A stretch of 64,000 nucleotides of DNA, taken from the NCBI GenBank assembly GCA_944391485.1, contig CALXTQ010000018.1, positions 22,619 through 86,618 of the forward strand, written 5' to 3'. The translations under genes and the position numbers were made by a program. Source of the DNA: an uncultured Alphaproteobacteria bacterium. Its GTDB lineage: Bacteria > Pseudomonadota > Alphaproteobacteria > RF32 > CAG-239. The notes under the pieces were generated by a model. The model had not been told where the DNA came from and ran no database searches. It worked only from the letters and a program-made list of their open reading frames with translations. Shown here piece after piece: positions 46,695 through 54,813 of this stretch. Numbering within the stretch: position 1 is the first letter of the stretch; every line of letters begins with the position of its first letter.

Positions 46695-46697
46695 GCG

Positions 46698-47588
46698 ATG
46701 AAAGATTTTATCTCTAAATTCAACGAGTCCCTGAAAAACTGCAAATGCTGCCGATGTTTTTATGACTTATGTGCCGAACCGGGGCGGGTAACTGCGGCCA
46801 AGATGCCGATAATGGCGCTTTTGTTCCGGCCATTCGCCGTTTTTGCGGACAAGTTTCGCCTGCTGGTCGCCGTCAGCGGCGTTTTAGGACTGTTGACCGC
46901 TGTTCTGGCAACATTGCTTGGATTTAATTATGCCTGCATGTCTCTGGAGACATCGTCGCAGTTTTTCTTTTGTTCCGGTTCCGAGACCGCGTATCTTCTG
47001 AATTTGTGTCTGAAAACATTTCTTATCGCGCTGTTTATCCAGAAATGGTACGAAATAGCGTTTTTAGGCAGACCGTTCTCTTTTTCGGAGCTTTTGCGGG
47101 TGGATGCCAAAACGTTTAAGACTGTGGCGCTGCTGATTTTGTTTATTTTGCTGAACATGTTTCCCGCGTTGTCTTTTTATGTCCTGTATGTCAGGGTTCC
47201 CAATCCGGACTGGGTTGTTGAGATAACCTTTTTTGCTTTTGTGTCTCTGGGTTTTCTGGTTCCGTTTGTCGTCATGCGGTTTTATTCCGTATTTGCCCTG
47301 TTTCTCGGCAACGAGCCCGTTCCGTCGCTGAAGCTGATATGGCGGCGCGGCAGCGGCAACAATTTCCGCATTATTCTTGCTCTGTTCGTCATTATCGTAA
47401 TAATGATGATGATTCTGATAAATATGTATGCCGGCCTAAGAAATATTGAAGACGGATATGTCAATTATGTCGGCGTTGTCGGAGAATTTGTTTATGATAC
47501 GGTTTTTCTGATGCTGTTGTCTTTGCTGGTTAATCACGCTTACGTTCAGAAACAGCTTTTGTTTGGAGATAATGCCGATGCGGAATGA
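46698..47588 (+). CDS. polytopic membrane protein (paralogue of the next gene)
   Basis: 296 aa, at least 6 helices. Shares ..F/WRR....(T)RGN(S/N)FR(I/L).. with the downstream protein. Confidence 0.5.
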   Translation: MKDFISKFNESLKNCKCCRCFYDLCAEPGRVTAAKMPIMALLFRPFAVFADKFRLLVAVSGVLGLLTAVLATLLGFNYACMSLETSSQFFFCSGSETAYLLNLCLKTFLIALFIQKWYEIAFLGRPFSFSELLRVDAKTFKTVALLILFILLNMFPALSFYVLYVRVPNPDWVVEITFFAFVSLGFLVPFVVMRFYSVFALFLGNEPVPSLKLIWRRGSGNNFRIILALFVIIVIMMMILINMYAGLRNIEDGYVNYVGVVGEFVYDTVFLMLLSLLVNHAYVQKQLLFGDNADAE

Positions 47589-48393
47589 AAAACAGACGGT
47601 TCTTCCGTTCCGGGAGACGCTGCGCCGCAGCATGGCGTATGTTTTTATGAACCTGAACGCGGTTTGGAAAATTGCCGCAGTATGGTTTTCCCTGCTGCTG
47701 TATGAAATATGGGCGGATTTTCCGGCGCTTTGTTATCCGGAGGAAAAGTGTGCCGGTGGCTGGCGCGGCAGTCTTTCCTCTCTCCTTTTGACAATAGCTT
47801 ATGTTTCTGTTTCGGTCTCTTTTATCCGGCAGATTATTCTTGGGGAAAATAAGGGTTACAGAGGGTTTGTTTTCGGAAAGCGGGAGCTGATCTACTGTCT
47901 GCGGATGATGGGAATAGTGGTGGTCAGCATATTAATAATGCTTTTGATCGGAGGAGTTGCCGGCTTGGTGAGAAAAAACTTTGGCGGGCCGTCAGAGCTT
48001 TTTGATGTTTTCGATCTGCTGATCGTTTTGGGAGGTATTGTTGTCGGAATGAGACTGACGCTGATTTTGCCGGCGGCGGCCGTAGATGACGCTTCCATGA
48101 CGTTTCGTCGTTCGTTTGTGATGACGCGTGGCAATTCTTTCCGCTTGCTGGGAGGATATTTTCTGATTGCCCTGATTGTTTTGTTTATAGATATTGTTAT
48201 TGAGGTATTTTTGTCTTATATTCTTGAACAGGACACTCCGGCTTTTAAGATATTGTCTTCCCTTGTGCTGATGGCGATGGTTTTTCTGGGAGGATGCTTC
48301 AAAGGTTCTTTCCTCGCGCATGTTTACCAGTATTTTTTATACAGCGAACAGCAGAAGGCGAAAGCTATATCCTCCGGATCAGATCGCGAATAA
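47578..48393 (+). CDS. polytopic membrane protein (paralogue of the previous gene)
   Basis: The ATG at 47578 overlaps the upstream stop (ATGCGGAATGA). MTFRRSFVMTRGNSFRLLGGYFLI matches LKLIWRRGSGNNFRIILALFVI upstream. Confidence 0.5.
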   Translation: MRNEKQTVLPFRETLRRSMAYVFMNLNAVWKIAAVWFSLLLYEIWADFPALCYPEEKCAGGWRGSLSSLLLTIAYVSVSVSFIRQIILGENKGYRGFVFGKRELIYCLRMMGIVVVSILIMLLIGGVAGLVRKNFGGPSELFDVFDLLIVLGGIVVGMRLTLILPAAAVDDASMTFRRSFVMTRGNSFRLLGGYFLIALIVLFIDIVIEVFLSYILEQDTPAFKILSSLVLMAMVFLGGCFKGSFLAHVYQYFLYSEQQKAKAISSGSDRE

Positions 48394-50473
48394 TGTCGAG
48401 TTTGTAAAAATCCCGGATATTGGGCGTTATCTTAAAGTCATCGGCTATGTCAAAGGCCAGAATATTGGCCTGCTGGCTCAGAAAATCCCTGCCCAGAACC
48501 AGATTTTCCCTGTTTCTCAGAAGATAATCGCGGTAATCGGCGGCTTCCTTGATATTAGCTTTGAGCAGTCCGCTGCGTTTGGCAAAAATCGCCGTATAGG
48601 CAAAGATGATATAGATCATGCCCAAAATAAGCAGCGCGCTGACCGGGTGGATATAAACGGCCATAACCATCAGCGTGAACAGGATGATAACTGCCGCCAA
48701 AATTCTGACAGCGTATTTCAGAATAGGATTTTTGAAAGAAAGTTTCGAAATCCAGACATAAAAAGCCATGGTAATCGTGCAGGAAACCAAAATCACAAAC
48801 AGCTGTCCGGGATTAATGCCCAGAGCCGCGACGGCCAGTTCCGACAGCAGCAGCATGCCGACGCTGAAAAACAGATAGCCCGAGTTCAAAAACAAAGAAA
48901 TCTTTTTGATTTTGTTGGCTGTTTCTTTTTCGGCCAGTTTGCTGGCTCTGCGGATTTTGAGCATATTCTGCGGATTGACCGTCAAAACGGACTCTTTCCC
49001 GGGAAAGAGATTATTGAGAGCTTTTTTCTCGTTTTTGCTCAAGGATCCGAGAAAGTCTGTCTTTTTTATGAGCAGAATATCATCGCCGCTTTCGGCAATA
49101 TCTATGATGTTTTTGCGGTACAGTTCAAGCAGCCATGCCGCGAAAGAAGTTTTGTCAAAAACGCCTTTTGTCAGCATGCGCATAACCGGCGCCGTTTTCC
49201 TCAGACTGCTTTTCAGGTCTGATTTTCCGGCGGAAATGTGCCTCCATGATAAAATATATGAGATCAGGATGGCGGCCAGTCCCGCCAGGATAAAGACAAT
49301 GTCGCCGTATTCGCCGATAAAATCCGAAAACCAACGGTTAAAACCGTTTTCTTCAAAATTGCCTTTGGGAATGGATATAATAACGTGCATGCCCTCGCCC
49401 GGAAACAGGGGAACCGTGGAAGCAAAGCCCAAAGTGTTGTTTTCGCCTTTGGCAATAAAGGAATTTTCGGTCCGCAGCTGATTTGGATACCCCAGAAAGA
49501 CATTCTGGCTCAGGGGAACTTCCCTTCCCGGAATGCTGACGGAAGCTCCGATCCGCACAATAACCAGATCCCAGGAGCTTCCCGCAATATCCCAGTAAAA
49601 TTCGTTAAAGTCGTCATAATGCCAGAGCTGCCGGTCGAGAAGATAGTTAAATTCATAGGTGTAAACGCCGGGTTCCAGTATGTGATCTTCAGCCGGCGTA
49701 AGAAGAATTCTGTTGCCGATTTCTTCTGCCTTATAAGGTATTTCCTGCCCGTTGACGGAAGCGGAAATCAGGTCAAAATCCAGTTTGCTGCGCACGCCGC
49801 TGCGGGACGTGGTATATTTGGGAATAACGCGCGTCAGCCCGTGTTTGAGTTTATCTCCGTTGGCGACGACGGTAATGGTTTCCGTCATGTTCGTCAGTCC
49901 GTTGGGCAGAATTTCTATTTTGCTGAAAAGATAGGCGATATGCTCTTTGGCCGGCGCCAGAATCTTTTCGCCGTTAGGAAGCAGAACATTGACGACGTCA
50001 AAATCGGGAGCTTCCCATTTCTGTTGTTCTTTCCGGGCTTCAACATCGTCGCGCATATAATAGTAGACGCCTTCGCCGGGATTGACAATGTCTTCTCTGC
50101 CGCCGTTTTCTGAAATCCGGTCAATGGCGTTGTCATATATTTTTTGAAAAATGGATTTTTTGGCATCCTGCTGTCGTTTGATATATTCGGCGCTGTGCTG
50201 GACATCCATGGAGTTGGTGGCGTTCAGGTCTTCGTTTTCGTCCAGTTCGGTAATGACAACGGTTTTCAGGCGTTCCTTAATAAATTCTTCCAGAGCTTTG
50301 AAATCATCGGCGGACGGAATGCGCGGATCTTTGATGGTTTCGGGAGCAGGGACATGTTCCCGCTCCTGTTTTCTTGCCTCTTCAATATCGCTGACTTCCA
50401 CGGCGCGGGCGGCGGTCTCCGCCGGAATCAGGGTAATCAGGCTGAAATATATGGCAAGAAAAAGTTTATTCAT
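48365..50473 (-). CDS. DUF2207-domain membrane protein
   Basis: Signal peptide. Extracytoplasmic region with GLTRVIPK...VNGQEIPY...PGVYTYEFNY...FNEFYWDIAGSSW typical of DUF2207. Several C-terminal TM helices. Its 3' end overlaps the convergent gene by 29 nt. Confidence 0.7.
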   Translation of the reverse strand: MNKLFLAIYFSLITLIPAETAARAVEVSDIEEARKQEREHVPAPETIKDPRIPSADDFKALEEFIKERLKTVVITELDENEDLNATNSMDVQHSAEYIKRQQDAKKSIFQKIYDNAIDRISENGGREDIVNPGEGVYYYMRDDVEARKEQQKWEAPDFDVVNVLLPNGEKILAPAKEHIAYLFSKIEILPNGLTNMTETITVVANGDKLKHGLTRVIPKYTTSRSGVRSKLDFDLISASVNGQEIPYKAEEIGNRILLTPAEDHILEPGVYTYEFNYLLDRQLWHYDDFNEFYWDIAGSSWDLVIVRIGASVSIPGREVPLSQNVFLGYPNQLRTENSFIAKGENNTLGFASTVPLFPGEGMHVIISIPKGNFEENGFNRWFSDFIGEYGDIVFILAGLAAILISYILSWRHISAGKSDLKSSLRKTAPVMRMLTKGVFDKTSFAAWLLELYRKNIIDIAESGDDILLIKKTDFLGSLSKNEKKALNNLFPGKESVLTVNPQNMLKIRRASKLAEKETANKIKKISLFLNSGYLFFSVGMLLLSELAVAALGINPGQLFVILVSCTITMAFYVWISKLSFKNPILKYAVRILAAVIILFTLMVMAVYIHPVSALLILGMIYIIFAYTAIFAKRSGLLKANIKEAADYRDYLLRNRENLVLGRDFLSQQANILAFDIADDFKITPNIRDFYKLDIIRDLIRRI

Positions 50474-50564
50474 AACTTCAAAACCTTTGTTAACAAATAA
50501 AACATATTTGATAGTATAAATTACAGTTATTAAGAAAAGATTATAATTTTAAGGAGCTTGAACT

Positions 50565-51296
50565 ATGTCTGAACAAATCGCCGCTGTTATTCTCGGTGCC
50601 GGAAAAGGAACCCGCATGAAATCCGATCTGCCCAAAGTCATGATGCCGTTATGCGGAAAACCGATGATTCGCCACCCGATAGACACGCTTGAGGAAATGG
50701 GTGTCGAAAAAATCGTTGTCGTAACGGCGCCGGACGGAGAACTTGTCCGCCGCGAAGTTGCGCCGCATCAGAGCTGTATTCAGGAAAAACAGCTGGGAAC
50801 GGGACATGCCGTTTTATCCGCCAAAGAGCAGATGCAGGGTTTCGCCGGCGCCGTTCTGGTGATTTTCGGCGATAATCCGATCATAACCAAAGAAACATAC
50901 AAAATGGCCGCGGATAAACTGAAAGAAGGGTATGCCGTGGTTGTCTTGGGCTTTCGTCCTGAAGACCCGGCGCGTTACGGTCGTTTGATCGTAGAAGACG
51001 GCGAACTCAGAAAAATCGTCGAGTTCAAAGATGCGACGGATGCGGAAAAAGCCATCAATCTCTGCAATTCGGGCTGTATGTGTTTTGACGGCCGCCGTAT
51101 GTTTGAGATTTTGGAACAGATCGGTAATGAAAACGCCGCCGGCGAGTATTATCTTACTGATGCCGTAGCCGTTGCCCGCAAAATGGGATTGAAATGCGCG
51201 GTTGTCGAATGTTCCGCCGAAGAGGTTGCCGGCGCCAACACCCGTGAGGAACTGGCTCTTCTGGAAAGTTTTTTAAACAAAAGAAAAGGAAAGTAA
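50565..51296 (+). CDS. GlmU-like sugar-1-phosphate uridylyltransferase, N-terminal (pyrophosphorylase) domain only
   Basis: AAVILGAGKGTRMKSDLPKVMMPLCGKPMIRH is close to the E. coli GlmU N-terminus as I recall it, and QLGTGHAV is present. 243 aa with no left-handed beta-helix hexapeptide repeats. Confidence 0.7.
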   Translation: MSEQIAAVILGAGKGTRMKSDLPKVMMPLCGKPMIRHPIDTLEEMGVEKIVVVTAPDGELVRREVAPHQSCIQEKQLGTGHAVLSAKEQMQGFAGAVLVIFGDNPIITKETYKMAADKLKEGYAVVVLGFRPEDPARYGRLIVEDGELRKIVEFKDATDAEKAINLCNSGCMCFDGRRMFEILEQIGNENAAGEYYLTDAVAVARKMGLKCAVVECSAEEVAGANTREELALLESFLNKRKGK

Positions 51297-51820
51297 TGTC
51301 TTTTTTGAAACGCCGCTGGTTCGGTTTTATTGTTTCGCTGATTGTCGCCGCATTTATTCTGGTTTTTCTGATCGTGCTGTTTGCGCCGCGGCAGGATGTT
51401 CAGAAACGCGGTTTCATTCCGTGTACGGAGATTATGGCGCGGGAGCTTCTGTCCTGTTCCGAAAACAAAGCGGTCTGCATGCTGGGAGCCGTCATGAGAA
51501 ACACCTGGTGCGACGCCGGCGTCATTTATGAAGGTTTCGCAGACTGGATAAAAGGCCGTCAGCCGGCGCCGTGGTCCAACTATTATTTTACGCCGGAACT
51601 GCCGGCTTCTGCGGAGACGGACGATGAGGAGCTGCGCGAATTTTATGACCAGACTCCGGACGTCGGCCTGTCGATGCAAAAGCTTCTGGAGCAGAACCGC
51701 CGTCTGGAAGAAAACATCGGCAGGGAAGAGAACCTGACGGAAAAAGAACGGCATACCGGTGAAGATCAAAACGAAAAACAAGAGGAAAAGAAAGATGAGC
51801 AACAAGAGCAGCAGGGATAG
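51296..51820 (+). CDS. membrane-anchored protein with acidic C-terminal tail
   Basis: ATG overlaps the upstream stop (TAATG). One TM helix FGFIVSLIVAAFILVFLIVLF. E/Q/K-rich end. Confidence 0.45.
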   Translation: MSFLKRRWFGFIVSLIVAAFILVFLIVLFAPRQDVQKRGFIPCTEIMARELLSCSENKAVCMLGAVMRNTWCDAGVIYEGFADWIKGRQPAPWSNYYFTPELPASAETDDEELREFYDQTPDVGLSMQKLLEQNRRLEENIGREENLTEKERHTGEDQNEKQEEKKDEQQEQQG

Positions 51821-53591
51821 TCTTCCCGCATGGGACCTGAAGGATTTTTATCAGGATATTCATGATCCTGAAATTCAGGTCGATTTGAATGAATATAAAA
51901 ACGGCATGGAAAAATTTGCCGCCGATTATAAAGGTCGGGTCGGCAGCCTGACGGCAGAAGAATTTTATCAGGCGGTCAGAAAAATAGAGGATCTGTCCGT
52001 TAAGGCTTCCAGGCTGGGAGAATTTGCTTATCTGAATATGGTTACGCAGATGAAAAATGCGGAGGCGATGGGCTTTTACCAGAATATCAGCGAAAAGCTG
52101 ACGGATTACAGCAAGCCTGCCATATTCTTCAGTCTGGAGATCAACGCGCTGCCGGATGCCAAAATTGCCGAATGGCTGCGGAATGATAAAGTCGCGTTTT
52201 ATAAACCCTGGCTGGAAAAGACCCGGCGCTTTAAAGATTATGAACTGTCGGAGGAAGTTGAGGAGATTCTGCACGAAAAATCCGTAACGTCTTCTTCGGC
52301 CTGGGTCCGTTTATATGAAGAAACCTCATCGCGGCTCAAATATTATGTGGACGGCAAGGAATATAACGACGCCGAAATTTCCAAGCTTCTGCTGGACAAA
52401 GATCCCGAAATCCGGGCTAAGGCCGGGAAAGAGCTCAATCGCGTCAGCCGGGAAAACGCACCGTTGTTTTCGCTGATTTACAACATGGTTATTAAGGACA
52501 AGGCGATAGAAGATGTCAAGCGCGGTTTCCGGCAGCCGGTTTCCGAGCGCAATATGGCAGAAAACGTCAAGGATTCGACCGTCGAAACGCTGGCGGAGAC
52601 TGTCCGTAAGAATTATAAGAACATTGCCCATCGTTTTTACAGGCTGAAAGCCAAATGGCTCGGCGTTGATAAAATCCAGTACTGGGACCGCAATGCGCCA
52701 CTGCCTTTCTGCGAAGACGCGCATTATTCCTGGGAAGAAAGTGTCAAAATTGTTCTGGACGCTTACAAACGCTTCTCGCCCAGACTTTATGACATCGCCA
52801 AAGATTTCTTTGATCATGCCTGGATCGATGTTCCGCCCCGCGACGGCAAACGCAGCGGCGCGTTTTGCGCGAGCGCGACAGCCGAGATGCATCCGTATCT
52901 GATGCTGAACTTTGTCGGCAAACAGAATGACGTCCTGACCCTTGCGCATGAGCTGGGGCACGGCTGCCACCATCAGTTGCGGACCAAAAACGGTGATTTG
53001 AACGAATACAGCCGCATGACCTCTGAAGAAGTCGCCTCCGTTTTCGGGGAGATGATAACATTCCAGTCCCTGCTGTCGCAGCTGACGGATGACAAAGCCA
53101 AATTATGTCTGATTGCGTCCAAGGTCAATGATATGATCAACACCGCTATTCGCCAGATTGCCTTTCACTTTTTCGAAACCCGCTGCCATGAGGAGCGCAA
53201 AAACGGCGAGCTTTCTGAGCAGCGCCTGACGGAGATTTGGCTTGAGGAAATGCGCGCCAGCCTCGGCGATTCTGTAAACGTTGATGAAAACAGCGCTTAT
53301 ATCTGGCTGCAGGTCGGACATTTCTTCTTTTTGCCTTTTTATGTCTACGCTTATTCCTTTGCCGACTGCCTGGTAAATTCGCTGTATCAGGTCAGCCGGG
53401 AAGGCACGGTTGAAAACTTCCCTGACAAGTATTTGGATATGCTGTCCAAAACGGCAATAACCGATTATGACAAGCTGCTCGCGCCGTTTGGCCTCAACCC
53501 GGATGATCCGGATTTCTGGAACAAGGGGCTGAGCCTGATTTCCGGCTATATAGACCAGCTGGAGGAATTGGATAAAAAGCTGAAGTTATAA
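51795..53591 (+). CDS. pepF: M3 family oligoendopeptidase F
   Basis: TLAHELGHGCHH zinc motif, M3B-like length. ATG at 51795 (MSNKSSRDSLPAWDLKDFY) preferred over the track start. Confidence 0.85.
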   Translation: MSNKSSRDSLPAWDLKDFYQDIHDPEIQVDLNEYKNGMEKFAADYKGRVGSLTAEEFYQAVRKIEDLSVKASRLGEFAYLNMVTQMKNAEAMGFYQNISEKLTDYSKPAIFFSLEINALPDAKIAEWLRNDKVAFYKPWLEKTRRFKDYELSEEVEEILHEKSVTSSSAWVRLYEETSSRLKYYVDGKEYNDAEISKLLLDKDPEIRAKAGKELNRVSRENAPLFSLIYNMVIKDKAIEDVKRGFRQPVSERNMAENVKDSTVETLAETVRKNYKNIAHRFYRLKAKWLGVDKIQYWDRNAPLPFCEDAHYSWEESVKIVLDAYKRFSPRLYDIAKDFFDHAWIDVPPRDGKRSGAFCASATAEMHPYLMLNFVGKQNDVLTLAHELGHGCHHQLRTKNGDLNEYSRMTSEEVASVFGEMITFQSLLSQLTDDKAKLCLIASKVNDMINTAIRQIAFHFFETRCHEERKNGELSEQRLTEIWLEEMRASLGDSVNVDENSAYIWLQVGHFFFLPFYVYAYSFADCLVNSLYQVSREGTVENFPDKYLDMLSKTAITDYDKLLAPFGLNPDDPDFWNKGLSLISGYIDQLEELDKKLKL

Positions 53592-53595
53592 TCTT

Positions 53596-53625
53596 AAAAA
53601 CCGCCTGTAAAAAGGCGGTTTTTTC
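53596..53625 (+). terminator. rho-independent terminator after pepF
   Basis: AAAAACCGCC-TGTAAAAA-GGCGGTTTTTT. Confidence 0.75.
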
Positions 53626-53715
53626 TTCGTCGTGCCGTGTCGGGAAGGCGTTTTCCTATTCTTCGGAAAATCTTTTTATGGTGGCAGACGTCTTGTTCGC
53701 GACCGCCAGGCATTT

Positions 53716-53875
53716 GCTTTCCGGAATATTGCTGGTGCCGCGGCCGCTGTCTTATTTCCCGGAATACTCCGCTAGGCCGCCAATTTTTCATTTCCCGGGA
53801 TGTTCTGCTGCGGCCCCGGTGCGCTAATCTTCCGGAATATTTTGTCGGTTACCGGCGCGATGTCTTTCGGTAGTC
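53716..53875. repeat. degenerate tandem array (~37-bp period) of TTCC(C)GGAAT palindromic cores, each followed by a GC-rich GCCGC-like box
   Basis: Cores at 53719, 53756, 53792 (TTCCCGGGAT) and 53830. A weaker TTCGGAAAA at 53662. Lies between convergent genes. Confidence 0.5.
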
Positions 53876-53891
53876 CTTTTTCAGCTTCGCC

Positions 53892-54671
53892 TTATTGTCC
53901 GAAGGCTTCTTCGGTTACTTTCTTGGCGGTTTCCAGATAATGCGCCGAACTTTCCGGCGTGCCGTGGTAAGCCAGAGAGAAATTGGTAACGAGAAAACCG
54001 AAGGGATTTAAAATACCGTCTTCTTTTTTGGGAAAAGGAATCCGGACATAAGCGACGCGCAACGTGGCGCGCCAGATGGTAACTGCCGGCTCCGCTGCGT
54101 CCGGTGTATAGTCGATTGTTCTGAACTGCACCTGCCACAGACCGCGGGCTAGCGGTTTGATCCACTCGATTTCGACATCGCGCTGCAAAGATTTTTCGCG
54201 AAACTGCATAATGTTGTATTCCGCGTCGTTTTTGGCAAAGTCGTCAAAAACCGGCCCCGAAGAATACCAGTATAACGTGGAGCCTTTGGCCCACCGGCTC
54301 ATCAGTTCATCATAATCGGACGTAACGATGTAACGGTTTATAATATATTCCGTTATATGTTCTTCTGTAATGAGATCGCTGACGGGAAAGTTGATTTCTG
54401 CCGGCTGCACTTGTTCCAGCATGCTGAAATATTTATTTATCTGAAAAAGTTTCGGCATGACCGTGCGCTGCGGCAGCATCAGATAAATGCCGCTGGCCAG
54501 CATCATGTTGAAGCAGATGCTCAGACAGGCAATGATGACCAGAACCCTTGACGCCCAGAGATAGCGGCGTTCCGGCATGGCCTCAATATGCACGCTTTCC
54601 GGATACAGGCCGAGCTCGTCGGGGCTTTTCTTTTCTTTATATTTAAATATGGTATGAAATATTTCAAACAT
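53892..54671 (-). CDS. VirB8-like (type IV secretion VirB8/TrbF/DotI fold family) bitopic membrane protein, orphan
   Basis: Short cytoplasmic N-terminus, one TM helix (VLVIIACLSICFNMMLASGIYLML), ~190-aa periplasmic domain ending W.ATLRVAYVRIPFPKKEDGILNPFGFLVTNFSL. This parallels the VirB8 C-terminus W.ATL.F.Y...NPLGFQVTSY as I recall it. Confidence 0.5.
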   Translation of the reverse strand: MFEIFHTIFKYKEKKSPDELGLYPESVHIEAMPERRYLWASRVLVIIACLSICFNMMLASGIYLMLPQRTVMPKLFQINKYFSMLEQVQPAEINFPVSDLITEEHITEYIINRYIVTSDYDELMSRWAKGSTLYWYSSGPVFDDFAKNDAEYNIMQFREKSLQRDVEIEWIKPLARGLWQVQFRTIDYTPDAAEPAVTIWRATLRVAYVRIPFPKKEDGILNPFGFLVTNFSLAYHGTPESSAHYLETAKKVTEEAFGQ

Positions 54672-54813
54672 AGCGGGGGTTCTGCCTCAGGAAGAATTAT
54701 TCTCATAATATTTTATACATGAAAGTTGAATAAAAGCAAATAAATACTGTTCAGATTCAAAATATTGATATAAACATACTTAATATATACGTATATTAAA
54801 GGGTTTTTAAGAA

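Noticed and set aside
53716-53875. CRISPR array
   Set aside because: Only a ~10-nt palindromic core is conserved. The units are ~37 bp in total, not repeat plus spacer. There are only four units, no cas genes and no leader.
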